The translations under genes were made by a program, and so were the position numbers. Below the pieces are notes generated by a model that made no database searches, had not been told where the DNA came from, and saw only the letters and a list, made by a program, of their open reading frames with translations. Of a stretch of DNA of 64,000 nt, positions 47,051-57,051 are shown piece by piece. The DNA is from Thermodesulfobacteriota bacterium (GTDB lineage Bacteria > Desulfobacterota > DSM-4660 > Desulfatiglandales > HGW-15): assembly GCA_042573485.1 (NCBI GenBank), contig JBHPCX010000004.1, positions 18,210 through 82,209 on the forward strand, in the 5' to 3' direction. How positions within the stretch are numbered: the first letter of the stretch is position 1; each line of letters begins with the position of its first letter.

Positions 47051-48919
47051 TTAGTCGCCGAAAAGGTCCTCAACTACATTCTCCAGTCCCCCAAGGCTTT
47101 CAAGTGATTCGCGGGTTGGCCTGAGAGTTGACCTGTCCCAGTCAACAGCTTCACAGAACTGGTCTATAAGATCTTTTATGTTTATGGTTACACCTTTGAG
47201 AGGACCTTCAGTCAATGGTGGTTCACCGGTAGCCCTTTTAGTCAGGATGTCTTCTGCAGGGTCCTGGCCTGCCTTTAAATTAAAAGCATGCCTGAGGTTA
47301 AATATCCTTTTCCCTGTTTCAGACACGTCCTTTTCTGAAAAATCCCAGCCTGTTGCGGCTGCAATATATCTGGGCATGGTACCCGGCGGCATCGCAAAAC
47401 CGCTGAAGGCGCAAAGTCCGGCGCAATTCTGGAGTTCGGTCTCATAGGTCGCCTGAGCATCTCTCGAACCCCTGTTCTCAGTATTATATTTAACATCAGG
47501 AGGGGCATTCATTTCCATCATGCCTGTGCTTCCTTTGACATGACGACCGGGAGTGGGATCATACCTGTACGTCCTGGCAAAACCCGGTGCGAATCGGGGA
47601 TCATGCATTGGTAGCTCAATTCCCCTGGCATTTTGCAGATATTCAGCTCCTTTGCCAAGTTGCTTGGCCGCAGCTTCGGATCCAAGGGCAAGCACTTTGC
47701 CAAAACCTTCCTGGTCAGCTATTGCCTGGGTCATGTCAACTATGGCATCGGCATTTCCCCATGTAAGCTCAGCACCGCCGGTGTCATCCCTGGTGATTAT
47801 GCCGTTTTCAAAACATTCCATCGCCCAGGCTATAGTTGCGCCGACTGATATAGTATCTAAACCGTATTTATTACAGATATCATTGCATTTTATTACAGAT
47901 TCTGCATTGCTGTTAAGCATCATAGCTCCAAATGCCCCAATTGTTTCGTATTCCGGTCTGTCAGTATCTTCTACCGGCCATTTGCCGTCCTTTACACTGT
48001 AGTGAGCCCCACAACCCATTGGGCAGTTGGAACATGCATATTTGCCTGTATTATACTTTGAGTCATAGGACAGGGTCGCAAGTTTATCAGCTTCTTCTTT
48101 TCCCATATCTGTTTCACCTGCACCACCCCAGTTTTTAATGGGAGAGTCACCTGACATTATCATCCCGCCTGTTCCTCCGCCGGTACCAAAGTTGCTAAAA
48201 CCTTCTATCATACCAGCCATAGGTCCTTCTTTCATGGCGCCCGGTATTTCCTTGGTTATTGCTTTAAAATCATCGGGCTTGGCAACGGTAAATTTGCCTG
48301 TTCCCCGTACAGCCACAGCTTTAAGCTTTTTTGATCCCATAACCGCGCCGCAGCCGCCCCTGCCGGCCGCGCGATGCGTGTCATTTATTACACATGCCAT
48401 CAGGGAAAGCATCTCACCGGCCTGACCGATGACTGCGGCTCTCAGTTTCTTCTCTCCTGTTTCCTCTATTAAACCTTCCAGGGTTTCAACACTGTTTTTG
48501 CCCCAGAGTTTTGATGCATCTCTTATTTCAGCTTTTCCATCTTCGACATAAATATATACAGGTTTGTCAGAAGCACCCGAGACTATTACACCATCAAATC
48601 CAGCCCTTTTTAACTCCGGGCCGAAAAATCCACCTGAATTTGCATCGTTCCAGCCATTTGTAACAGGTGATTTACAGACTACTGTGTAACGCCCTCCGAA
48701 TAACGCGCCTGTTCCGTTTAACAGTCCCGGCATAAATCCGATGACATTTCCGGGCCCAAGGGGATCAGCATCCGGTTCAATCATATCATATAGTAGTTTA
48801 GCCCCTATGCCATATCCGCCGATAAATTTTTTCATGAAATCCTCGGATAATTCCTTCTCTTCCAGTTTACCTGAGGATAGGTCGACTAAAAGTAGTTTGC
48901 CTGCGTAAACACCCGCCAT
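47051..48919 (-). CDS. Aldehyde:ferredoxin oxidoreductase (tungstopterin AOR family), copy 1
   Basis: 622 aa. The N-terminal AFOR_N block is GKLLLVDLSSGKLEEKELSEDFMKKFIGGYGIGAKLLYD. The 4Fe-4S ligand motif is CSNCPMGC, with GLDTISVGATIAWAMECFE. Confidence 0.9.
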   Translation of the reverse strand: MAGVYAGKLLLVDLSSGKLEEKELSEDFMKKFIGGYGIGAKLLYDMIEPDADPLGPGNVIGFMPGLLNGTGALFGGRYTVVCKSPVTNGWNDANSGGFFGPELKRAGFDGVIVSGASDKPVYIYVEDGKAEIRDASKLWGKNSVETLEGLIEETGEKKLRAAVIGQAGEMLSLMACVINDTHRAAGRGGCGAVMGSKKLKAVAVRGTGKFTVAKPDDFKAITKEIPGAMKEGPMAGMIEGFSNFGTGGGTGGMIMSGDSPIKNWGGAGETDMGKEEADKLATLSYDSKYNTGKYACSNCPMGCGAHYSVKDGKWPVEDTDRPEYETIGAFGAMMLNSNAESVIKCNDICNKYGLDTISVGATIAWAMECFENGIITRDDTGGAELTWGNADAIVDMTQAIADQEGFGKVLALGSEAAAKQLGKGAEYLQNARGIELPMHDPRFAPGFARTYRYDPTPGRHVKGSTGMMEMNAPPDVKYNTENRGSRDAQATYETELQNCAGLCAFSGFAMPPGTMPRYIAAATGWDFSEKDVSETGKRIFNLRHAFNLKAGQDPAEDILTKRATGEPPLTEGPLKGVTINIKDLIDQFCEAVDWDRSTLRPTRESLESLGGLENVVEDLFGD

Positions 48920-49204
48920 TTAATTCCTCCTTTTTAAATAATGTATCTACAGTGTTGTAAATGTGGTGGAAAATAGACTTTTAAATTATTCCGGTCTCTA
49001 AAGGATAATAAAACTTATGAAGCCAAGATTGAAATCCTAATGAAATACTGGTGGTTTGTCAATATTATTGGGTAGTTATATTATTGTGTGGGATAATGAA
49101 TTCAGGATTATTGAAAAGCTTTTTTCCGCACTTTCAAGTGTCTTTTATAGGGATTCTGAGGGCTTTCCAGTAAGCGATTTCACACTTTCAAATAAAAATT
49201 ACCC

Positions 49205-49233
49205 TTGACATCTAATAAGCTTCTGGCTAGATT
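49205..49233 (+). promoter_or_regulatory. Candidate sigma-70 promoter TTGACA-17 bp-TAGATT for the IclR gene
   Basis: Hexamers and spacing were read directly. It lies 38 nt upstream of the ATG at 49271. Confidence 0.45.
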
Positions 49234-49270
49234 TGAAATACAAAACAAAGGTTCTGGAGGGTAAACTAAA

Positions 49271-50056
49271 ATGGATAAAAAAGATCCAAAAAATAAATAT
49301 ATTGTTCCAGCAGTAGAACAGGCTATTCGTGTGTTGTTATGTCTTGCAGGATCTAAATCCTCCCATATGAGTCTTACGGAAATCTGTGAACAGGTTGGAA
49401 TACACAAAAGCAAGGCCTTTGGCATTCTTCATACTCTTCAGCGCTTTGGTCTGGTTCAGAGCCGTGGGCGGAAGAAGGGATATTCACTGGGGACCGGTTT
49501 AATCACTCTTTCAAGAAAAGTGCTTGATGGTATAAATGTGATTGCCTTTGCAGACCCGATGCTCAGAGACCTTTCCGATAAAGTAAAGGGCACTGCTGCT
49601 CTGGGTATAATCGATGGTGATACTGTGGTTGTAGTATCTCGATATGAAAGTATCAAGAATGTTGGTGTAACAATTCGGGTTGGCAATCATGTCCCCATTT
49701 CCTATGGAGCACACGGCAAGGCAATTGCGGCCTTTATGCCTGAAGGTGATCTGGATGCCCTTCTGCAAAAAGAAAAACTTCATTTTCATGGGAAACCTGA
49801 AAATTTTGACAAAGATCGTCTTATGATGGAACTTGAACAATGCAGAAAGACAGGTTACGCAACTGATATCGGAGAAATAACTCCCGGATTGAATGCTGCT
49901 TCAGCGCCTGTTATAGATATTAATGGAAAACCCATCGGATATCTTCTTGTTATTGGTCTATTCACGCCCGAAGCCACCAGAAAGCATGGTACATTAGTCG
50001 CAGAAGCCGGAAGAGACCTTTCAAGGCAGCTCGGGGCAAATCTGGACAATCTCTAA
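49271..50056 (+). CDS. IclR-family transcriptional regulator
   Basis: The N-terminal winged HTH is VEQAIRVLLCLAGSKSSHMSLTEICEQVGIHKSKAFGILHTL, followed by a C-terminal effector-binding domain. Lies divergent from AOR1. Confidence 0.88.
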   Translation: MDKKDPKNKYIVPAVEQAIRVLLCLAGSKSSHMSLTEICEQVGIHKSKAFGILHTLQRFGLVQSRGRKKGYSLGTGLITLSRKVLDGINVIAFADPMLRDLSDKVKGTAALGIIDGDTVVVVSRYESIKNVGVTIRVGNHVPISYGAHGKAIAAFMPEGDLDALLQKEKLHFHGKPENFDKDRLMMELEQCRKTGYATDIGEITPGLNAASAPVIDINGKPIGYLLVIGLFTPEATRKHGTLVAEAGRDLSRQLGANLDNL

Positions 50057-50151
50057 AATATTCTTAATCAGGTAATCCCAGCCGCGTGTTACTATCCGCT
50101 ATATAAGCAGGAAAAGGATAATGGTTTCTATTCGCCTGAACAGCAGAATAA

Positions 50152-50484
50152 TTATTTGCTGAATATTGAAAGAAATGATTTCCTTATCCCCTGGATAGCC
50201 TTTTCATCCTTCAGAAGGTTTTCAAGCTCACCCGAATCAAGGTGGACCGCGCCGCAGTTTTCATTGGCACATATATCAATTTTTATGTCTCCCCTGTCTA
50301 CTTCAACCAGGCTTTTAGTCCCGCATCTAAAACAATGGTATGAATGATTAACCCGGTATTCCTGATCGGATTCTTTTTTGTTTCTATCTCTCAAATCACG
50401 GATAAGTTTTGCATCCTCTTCCTTGAAAAAAATCTCTTCATCACTCATCTCAGCTTGAATGCACACTTTTACTATTTCACTCAT
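50152..50484 (-). CDS. Zinc-ribbon protein (TFIIB-type zinc-finger-like)
   Basis: Four Cys in CFRCGTKSLVEVDRGDIKIDICANENCGAVHLDSGELENL. 110 aa. Confidence 0.5.
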   Translation of the reverse strand: MSEIVKVCIQAEMSDEEIFFKEEDAKLIRDLRDRNKKESDQEYRVNHSYHCFRCGTKSLVEVDRGDIKIDICANENCGAVHLDSGELENLLKDEKAIQGIRKSFLSIFSK

Positions 50485-50687
50485 TTATATTCTCCTTTTA
50501 CAAATTTTTTAGCCAAAAATTACTTTTTTAGGTGGGTATTGTCAATAATGATGTAAATAGAAAATTGTAAAAATATTTAGAGTTTTCATTTGTTGTATTT
50601 AATAACAATCACTGATATTAAACAATTTCTCAAAAGGGTAAATATCTCTTTCACATTAATACTGAACTGGAAATAAGAAAAAGAATA

Positions 50688-52118
50688 ATGGAGAAATCAT
50701 CTAACATAATCTATTCACCTGAAGAAAAATGGGGCGCCATGCTGGCGATTACAACCGGTATGTTTATGAGCGCCCTTGATATGAGCATTATCAATATCTC
50801 ACTGCCAACCCTCATGGTTCAACTGAATACTAAATTTCTGGCAGTGCAATGGGTCATGATCTCATATAACCTTGTAATGACCTCGGTAATGATGGGTGCC
50901 GCAAGAATGGGTGATATGCATGATAAGAAAAAACTCAATAGCTGGGGGCTGCTGCTGTTTACCATTGGCTCCCTGCTATGCGGATTTTCCCCGAATGTCG
51001 GCTGGATGATCGCTTTCAGGGTATTGCAAGGCCTGGGAGCTGTTATTATTCACGCGCTGGGTATGGCGCTGGTTGCGGAATCCTTTCCTCCGGGAGAAAG
51101 AGGACGTGTAATGGGAATAATTGGGGCCGTATCCTCAGTCGCCTTTGCTCTCGGGCCCGCGATCGGTGGACTTATAATAGCCGCGGGCGGCTGGCGATGG
51201 ATATTCCTTTTTAAAGTGCCACTGGGGGTTTTAGCCCTCTGGGCCTGCGCCAAGTTTTTACCGAAGATATCGCCTCATCAAACAAATCAGAGGTTTGATA
51301 TTCTTGGTGCAGTTACCTTGTTTATTGCACTTGGCTGCTTCGCACTTGGAATGACTTTTGGCCAGGACCGGGGTTTCGGGGAAGTAATTGTGCAGTTAAT
51401 GCTGGCAATAGCATTCGCAGGTGTAATTGTTTTTTTATTCATTGAGAATAAAATTGAATTTCCGATGGTTGACCTGTCATTATTTAAGAATATACCCTTT
51501 TGCCTAAATCTTATGATGGGCTTTGTATCTTTTGTTACCATCAGCGGATTTTTCCTGATGCCCTTTTTCCTGCAGTTCGTGAGGCACTATACGCCAAAGG
51601 AAATAGGTTTTATAATGATGGTTACTCCTGTTTGTGTTGGAATTTTTTCCTATATATCAGGTAACCTGTCAGATCGTGTGGGAACACAAGGCCTGAGTAT
51701 AATTGGTATGTTTCTTCTTGCCGCGGGCTGCCTGTCTGTAAGTACTTTGACTCCAGAGACAGGAGTGGCGGGGTATTTACTGAGGCTTGTGCCTCTGGGT
51801 ATCGGGCTAGGGACTTTTTCTACACCTAATAACAGTGCAATTATGGGGGCTGCTCCTCCTGAAAGGTTCGGTGTTGCATCCGGGCTTCTTTCATTGACCA
51901 GGAGTCTTGCTCAGACTGCGGGAGTGCCTATAATGGGGACAATTTTCAGCGCTACATTAATATCCTATACAAAAATGGAAACTTTACCGGATATATCCGA
52001 AGTAACTCCCGATGCACTGGTAAGAGGGATTAACATGACATATCTTTTCGGGGGACTTTTTATAATCGCATTAACCATTTTCGCGATGTTCTTATTCAGG
52101 TTGAGAGGAAAACCTTAA
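50688..52118 (+). CDS. MFS transporter, DHA2 (EmrB/QacA-like, 14-TMS) drug/metabolite:H+ antiporter
   Basis: 476 aa with about 14 hydrophobic segments, motif A-like GDMHDKKK and motif C-like GPAIGGLIIAAGGWRWIF. Confidence 0.85.
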   Translation: MEKSSNIIYSPEEKWGAMLAITTGMFMSALDMSIINISLPTLMVQLNTKFLAVQWVMISYNLVMTSVMMGAARMGDMHDKKKLNSWGLLLFTIGSLLCGFSPNVGWMIAFRVLQGLGAVIIHALGMALVAESFPPGERGRVMGIIGAVSSVAFALGPAIGGLIIAAGGWRWIFLFKVPLGVLALWACAKFLPKISPHQTNQRFDILGAVTLFIALGCFALGMTFGQDRGFGEVIVQLMLAIAFAGVIVFLFIENKIEFPMVDLSLFKNIPFCLNLMMGFVSFVTISGFFLMPFFLQFVRHYTPKEIGFIMMVTPVCVGIFSYISGNLSDRVGTQGLSIIGMFLLAAGCLSVSTLTPETGVAGYLLRLVPLGIGLGTFSTPNNSAIMGAAPPERFGVASGLLSLTRSLAQTAGVPIMGTIFSATLISYTKMETLPDISEVTPDALVRGINMTYLFGGLFIIALTIFAMFLFRLRGKP

Positions 52119-52217
52119 ACAGGTGGAGAAACTCCTTATATTCAGATTCTATTTTAAAATGTTATAAGAAAAAAATTAAGACCTTAGAAGGTTGTTTTGT
52201 AAATAAGAAGGATTGTT

Positions 52218-53258
52218 ATGAAAAAAATGACAATTGGAAGTACCGGAATCGAGGCCGCAAGGCTTGCCATGGGCGGGATACCTTTACAGCGCGTGAGTGA
52301 AGAAGACGCGATAGAAGCAGTAAGGTACGCGGTTGAGAAGGGTATCGATTTTATTGATACTGCCAGAATGTACTCCACCAGTGAAAGCAGGATTGGTAAG
52401 GCTCTGAAAATGACAAATAAAAAAGTCACAGTATCGAGCAAGTCTATTTTACGAACCGCTGACGGTATCAGAAAAGAAATAGAAGAGAGCCTTAAAGAAC
52501 TTCAGCTGGATTATATTGATTTTTATCATTGTCACTCTGTTGCCTCTGATGAAGATTACAAGCGTGTTACAGCATCTGATGGAGCCCTTGAAGGACTTCG
52601 CAGGGCAAAGGAAGAAGGTATTATTGGACACATCGGTATATCAAGCTACAATATTGATGTTGCTGAAAAAGCTGTTGATGACAATATTTTTGAAACAATT
52701 ATGGTTTGCCTGAGTATAATTGAACCAATTGCATTAAAAACGGTTATTCCGAAGGCAATGGAAAAGAAGACAGGCATTTTTACAGTGAAACCCCTTTCGG
52801 GTGGAGTTATAGGCATTCCTGAGCTTGCACTCAGGTGGGTGTTTTCTTTTCCAAGCGTGATGGTTATAGCTGGAATGGAAGAAAAAGAATATATAGACAA
52901 AAACTGGGATGTTTTTCAAGGTGACTACAGTTTTACTGATGAAGAAAAACAACAGATTATTTCCCTGAATAAGGGATTCGAGGAAAAATTCTGCCACAGG
53001 TGTGGATATTGTGAACCCTGTACCGTTGAAATTCCCATTCACAAGATACTCAGCATTAAAAACATGGTGAAGGTAAAGGGGCAGGAGATGTTAACAAGCC
53101 CCGATTTCGAGAGTGCGCTTGAGAGGGCAAAAAATTGCATTCAATGCGGAGATTGTTTAATAAGGTGTCCTTTTAACCTCCCTATACCCTTTATGATGAA
53201 GGAATATGTGAAGTGGGCGGATTATGAAATCGGTAAAATGAAGGACCACACGTATTAA
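52218..53258 (+). CDS. Aldo/keto reductase with a C-terminal 4Fe-4S binding extension
   Basis: The AKR N-terminal block is GIDFIDTARMYSTSESRIGKAL...LQLDYIDFYHCH. The C-terminal cysteine motifs are CHRCGYCEPC and CIQCGDCLIRCP. Confidence 0.85.
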   Translation: MKKMTIGSTGIEAARLAMGGIPLQRVSEEDAIEAVRYAVEKGIDFIDTARMYSTSESRIGKALKMTNKKVTVSSKSILRTADGIRKEIEESLKELQLDYIDFYHCHSVASDEDYKRVTASDGALEGLRRAKEEGIIGHIGISSYNIDVAEKAVDDNIFETIMVCLSIIEPIALKTVIPKAMEKKTGIFTVKPLSGGVIGIPELALRWVFSFPSVMVIAGMEEKEYIDKNWDVFQGDYSFTDEEKQQIISLNKGFEEKFCHRCGYCEPCTVEIPIHKILSIKNMVKVKGQEMLTSPDFESALERAKNCIQCGDCLIRCPFNLPIPFMMKEYVKWADYEIGKMKDHTY

Positions 53259-53350
53259 TTTCCTTTGCTGCTGAGAATTCAACCAGCCTTGTCTAACAAT
53301 AAGGCAGACCAACTGGTGCAAGGCGCACGGTTCAGGGTACAAGGAAAAGC

Positions 53351-53388
53351 AAAACCGGACAATAAGTGAGTACCTGTGTCCGGTTTTT
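53351..53388. terminator. Bidirectional intrinsic terminator (11-bp perfect stem aaaaccggaca / tgtccggtttt)
   Basis: The stem is perfect, with a 15-nt loop and A/T tracts on both sides. It lies between the convergent AKR and PNPOx genes. Confidence 0.75.
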
Positions 53389-53395
53389 AAGTTTT

Positions 53396-53430
53396 AAGCT
53401 GAAAGCTGAATGCTGATAGCTGACAGCTAA
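53396..53430 (-). repeat. Period-7 degenerate tandem array, 5 units (minus-strand reading: ttagctg tcagcta tcagcat tcagctt tcagctt)
   Basis: Read directly. It lies between the stop of the minus-strand gene at 53434 and the terminator hairpin, which is a 3'-UTR position. Confidence 0.85.
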
Positions 53431-53433
53431 TAA

Positions 53434-53859
53434 TTAAAATTTTTCTCTGGGGATATCGGCTTCCTTCATGCTGTCAGCCATTGTCCAGAAGTATGCTTCA
53501 CCGGTGTAAAGATGAAATACCGCCAGGAGAGGATCATCAGGTTCTGTAATTCCCATACGGCTAAGGTTCAGCCTTTCAGCTATACATTTTTTCTTTACTT
53601 CTGTATCTTCCACAATCTTCATTTTGCCGTAAACTCTCATTACTTTGCTAAATTTTGGTGTGCAAAAATATACTTCAACTTTTTCATTTGCCTGGATCTG
53701 CTTATAGACAGCCTTTACTGACTGTGACTGAAACCAGAAACCTGTTTCATCAGCATACCACATTCCCATTGCCCTGACTCTTGGCTGATCGCCTTCCACA
53801 GTTGCCAGGTAACACATGTTATTTTCATTGGCGAAATCTGTATATTCTTTGAAACTCAT
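53434..53859 (-). CDS. Pyridoxamine 5'-phosphate oxidase-family (split-barrel flavin-binding) protein
   Basis: 141 aa. MCYLATVEGDQPRVRAMGMWY...KVEVYF....KVMRVYGK resembles the general PNPOx-like fold pattern. Confidence 0.65.
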   Translation of the reverse strand: MSFKEYTDFANENNMCYLATVEGDQPRVRAMGMWYADETGFWFQSQSVKAVYKQIQANEKVEVYFCTPKFSKVMRVYGKMKIVEDTEVKKKCIAERLNLSRMGITEPDDPLLAVFHLYTGEAYFWTMADSMKEADIPREKF

Positions 53860-53891
53860 TTTACCCCCTTTTATATTTCGAAATTTAAACG

Positions 53892-53911
53892 CCTGTGTTT
53901 TAAATATATTT
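53892..53911 (+). promoter_or_regulatory. 20-bp motif cctgtgttttaaatatattt, copy 1 (an identical copy is at 61651-61670)
   Basis: The 20/20 match was read directly, and both copies are on the + strand. It lies about 20 bp upstream of a candidate promoter (TTGTCA ... TGaTATAGT, 53930-53956) for the TRAP-cupin operon. Confidence 0.6.
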
Positions 53912-54048
53912 ATGTTTTCATTTTATGCCTTGTCAAGATTTTCCTGGTGATATAGTTTAACCTTACAACAAGCAAATAAGTTTTATCTGTGGCTCTCGTT
54001 ATTATTTTAATAACTATTATCTCTGCTTTCTGCTTAATGGAGTAAGTT

Positions 54049-55095
54049 ATGATCAGAAGAAAAGTCTTCTCCCATAAAGGTTTTATGCTTTCTACTTTGC
54101 TTTTCTGCCTTTTTGTCCTGAACACATCTTCAGTCCTGGCAAAAAGACCCAGAATCATCAGGCTGGTTGTCCCTGCTGCTGCCGGTGATCCACTGACATA
54201 TAAAGATGAAGAACTGGCAAGGAGATTTAATAATAGAGTGGGTGACCAGTACAAAATTCAGGTCTTTCCGGGAGAATCTCTTGCTCGTATTCCGGAATAT
54301 TTTGATGCGGTCAGAGTTGGAGCCATTGAAATGGCGGATATAGCATGGGGTATTTACGCCGGACATGATCCCAGGCTGTCTCTTATTGAAACACCATTTT
54401 TGTTTAATAATATCGAGGCAGGGACAGCTGCGGCAAAACGGCTACTCCCTCTTCATGATGAGATACTGCAGAAAAAATTTAACGCGAAAGCACTGGGGCT
54501 GATTCATTTCAGCGGAATAGAATTTTTATCCCTGAAACCGGTTAATAAACTTGAAGATCTGAAGGGCATGATGATTGGCGCGATCAGCCCAGCTATGGCA
54601 AAAATGATTCAGGAGCTTGGCGCGTCACCTGTAACCGTAATGTGGACGGATCTCTATACAAGCCTGCAAAAGGGTGTAATAGACGGGACGGCAAACGGCA
54701 CACACGGCAGTATTGAAAACGGTCTCCTGGACGTCTGTTCTGATGTCACCTATTTTTTTGGTGCCGCGGCCTGGAACGGTTATACAATTAACCTGGACCT
54801 CTGGAAAAGCATGCCTGAAAATGTCCGGAAAATTCTCCTTGAAGAAACAGAAAAGGCAGTCGACTGGATGCATAATAAACTGGCAGAGTATGAAATATCG
54901 GATATGCAGACATTTATAAAAAAAGGTAAAAATATCCATATTATTTCAAAAGAAGAACGGGAAAGGTGGGAAAAAAAGCTGATTCAATATCAGAAGAAAC
55001 AATTGTCAAGCATGGGGGAGTTCGGATTAAAGGTTAAAGAAATTGCGGATGATGTAAACAGCAAACATCCCTATAAGGTAAAGAGCATTAAATAA
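54049..55095 (+). CDS. dctP: TRAP transporter solute-binding protein DctP family
   Basis: Has a signal peptide and is followed directly by Q and M subunit genes. It is a paralog of 44363. Confidence 0.9.
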   Translation: MIRRKVFSHKGFMLSTLLFCLFVLNTSSVLAKRPRIIRLVVPAAAGDPLTYKDEELARRFNNRVGDQYKIQVFPGESLARIPEYFDAVRVGAIEMADIAWGIYAGHDPRLSLIETPFLFNNIEAGTAAAKRLLPLHDEILQKKFNAKALGLIHFSGIEFLSLKPVNKLEDLKGMMIGAISPAMAKMIQELGASPVTVMWTDLYTSLQKGVIDGTANGTHGSIENGLLDVCSDVTYFFGAAAWNGYTINLDLWKSMPENVRKILLEETEKAVDWMHNKLAEYEISDMQTFIKKGKNIHIISKEERERWEKKLIQYQKKQLSSMGEFGLKVKEIADDVNSKHPYKVKSIK

Positions 55096-55613
55096 TGTCA
55101 CACTCCTTTTTAAAAAAAGCAGACCTTATAATAGAACGCGTAAGTAATTTTTTTGCCCTTCTGAGCGGCATATTGATAGTACTTATGGCATTTACCGCTT
55201 CATATGGTGTTATAAGGCGATATTTCTTTAAAAGTCCCGAGCCCTATTCATATGAGTTGAGCACCATGTTCCTTTTGTGGACATTTGTTCTTGCCCTGGC
55301 CTATCTTGAAAAACTTGATGGGCACCTGAGGGTTGATTTTTTTGTGGTTCTGCTTCCTGAAAAAATCAGGAGATTTTTATTGAATGTGTTTGGCCCCTTG
55401 ATGGGCCTGGTTTTTTGTTCTGTTTTAACCTGGGAAGGCTGGAAGGTGGCAATGTATTCTCTTGAAATAGGCGAGAAAAGCATGTCCGTCTGGGCTGTTC
55501 CTCTTTTTCCCGTGAAGATAATTATTCCTATTGGGTATGGGTTGGTCAGTGTTGTTCTCGTATTGAAGATTATCAGGGGTTTTATTGAACTGGGAAATGA
55601 TCAATCATCCTGA
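55095..55613 (+). CDS. dctQ: TRAP transporter small permease DctQ family
   Basis: 172 aa with four TM helices. Its start abuts the dctP stop. Confidence 0.85.
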   Translation: MSHSFLKKADLIIERVSNFFALLSGILIVLMAFTASYGVIRRYFFKSPEPYSYELSTMFLLWTFVLALAYLEKLDGHLRVDFFVVLLPEKIRRFLLNVFGPLMGLVFCSVLTWEGWKVAMYSLEIGEKSMSVWAVPLFPVKIIIPIGYGLVSVVLVLKIIRGFIELGNDQSS

Positions 55614-55694
55614 ACTGATTCCTGTGAAATAATACCTGAGTTCATCTGGCTGGATAGACCGGTATTTGAGTGAAGTTCTGTTTTCGGAGGTTTA

Positions 55695-56996
55695 GTGGAT
55701 TATAACACCGCGTCCATATTATGCGCCGGCTTAATGTTCTTTCTACTCCTGCTGGGTGTGCCTATAGCCTATTCACTGGGATTCAGCTCAATAGTAGTGG
55801 GATATTTTGCCTTTGGAAGCTTTGCTCTCCAGAAGGCCGGCTGGACCACATTTCAGCTGCTTTATAATCTTACATGGACGCCTCTCCCCCTCTTTACACT
55901 CATGTCCTACCTTATTGCCGAGACAAAGATGGGCGAACACCTTTTCCGAACAGCAAGAAACTGGATGTCACGTCTGCCGGGCGGACTGTTTGTAGCAGGT
56001 ATCCTCGGGGAGGCAGGAATGGCCGCCGCCCTTGGCGCGAGCGGTCCGACAATTATAGCTGTTGGAAATGTCGCAGTCCCTGAATTTAAGAGATATTCAT
56101 ATAATAAACCCCTTGGCCTGGGCGCTTTGACCTGCGGTGGAGTCCTTGGCCCTTTGATACCTCCCAGTGCTACGATGATCATTTTTGCAATCCTGGCCAA
56201 TGTTCCCCTTGGCCGCCTGTTTATCGCCGGGGTGATCCCCGGGATACTGCTGGCCGTGATGCTGTCTCTCGTTCCCATAATAATGTGCGCGAGGAATCCC
56301 GAACTCGGCAGGGCAGCGGGGAAAATAAGCTGGGGTGAAAGAATCTCTTCACTCAAACTTATCTGGCCCATTGTCCTTGTAATGTTCGGCATACTGGGGT
56401 CAATATATTTTGGTATAGCTACTCCTACTGAGGCGGGTGGCGTCGGGTGTTTTATCGTACTTGTTATAGCTGTGCTTTTTTTTAATTTAAGACTAAAAGG
56501 TCTTCACAGGGCAATGGTTAAAACCGCGGTACTCAATGCCACAATTATGATTATACTTGTGGGGTCATCTTTTTTTACATATGTTTTTGGAAGTTCATCA
56601 ATCGCACAGAAACTGTCTGTATTCATAGCATCAATGAATTTGCCTCCATTGGCTGTAGTTGTGGCAATAATGATTTTTCTGTTGTTCCTGGGGTGCTTTA
56701 TTGATGGAATAACCATAATGATGCTTACGGTACCTATTTTTATACCGATAATTACCGAGCTTGGCTTTGATCCATTGTGGTTTGGAATATTGTTTGTCGT
56801 AAATATGGAAATTGCCCTGATTACACCTCCAATGGGGATCAATTTTTTTCTTGTCAGGAATAGTTTTAATATTTCGAGTATTGACTTGATAAAAGGTATA
56901 TGGCCTTTTTTAATAGTCCTTGTACTGTTTCTTGCCTTAACGGTTGCATTTCCTCAACTGAGTCTCTGGCTGCCGGGATTGATGATTGGAAAGTAG
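55695..56996 (+). CDS. dctM: TRAP transporter large permease DctM family
   Basis: 433 aa and highly hydrophobic (about 12 TM). Blocks such as GGVLGPLIPPSATMIIFA and NMEIALITPPMGINFF are typical of DctM. Uses a GTG start. Confidence 0.9.
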   Translation: MDYNTASILCAGLMFFLLLLGVPIAYSLGFSSIVVGYFAFGSFALQKAGWTTFQLLYNLTWTPLPLFTLMSYLIAETKMGEHLFRTARNWMSRLPGGLFVAGILGEAGMAAALGASGPTIIAVGNVAVPEFKRYSYNKPLGLGALTCGGVLGPLIPPSATMIIFAILANVPLGRLFIAGVIPGILLAVMLSLVPIIMCARNPELGRAAGKISWGERISSLKLIWPIVLVMFGILGSIYFGIATPTEAGGVGCFIVLVIAVLFFNLRLKGLHRAMVKTAVLNATIMIILVGSSFFTYVFGSSSIAQKLSVFIASMNLPPLAVVVAIMIFLLFLGCFIDGITIMMLTVPIFIPIITELGFDPLWFGILFVVNMEIALITPPMGINFFLVRNSFNISSIDLIKGIWPFLIVLVLFLALTVAFPQLSLWLPGLMIGK

Positions 56997-57051
56997 AACA
57001 TATTATAGTAATATCGGGTGATAGGCCTGTTAATACTTTCGGGAGTTTAAA

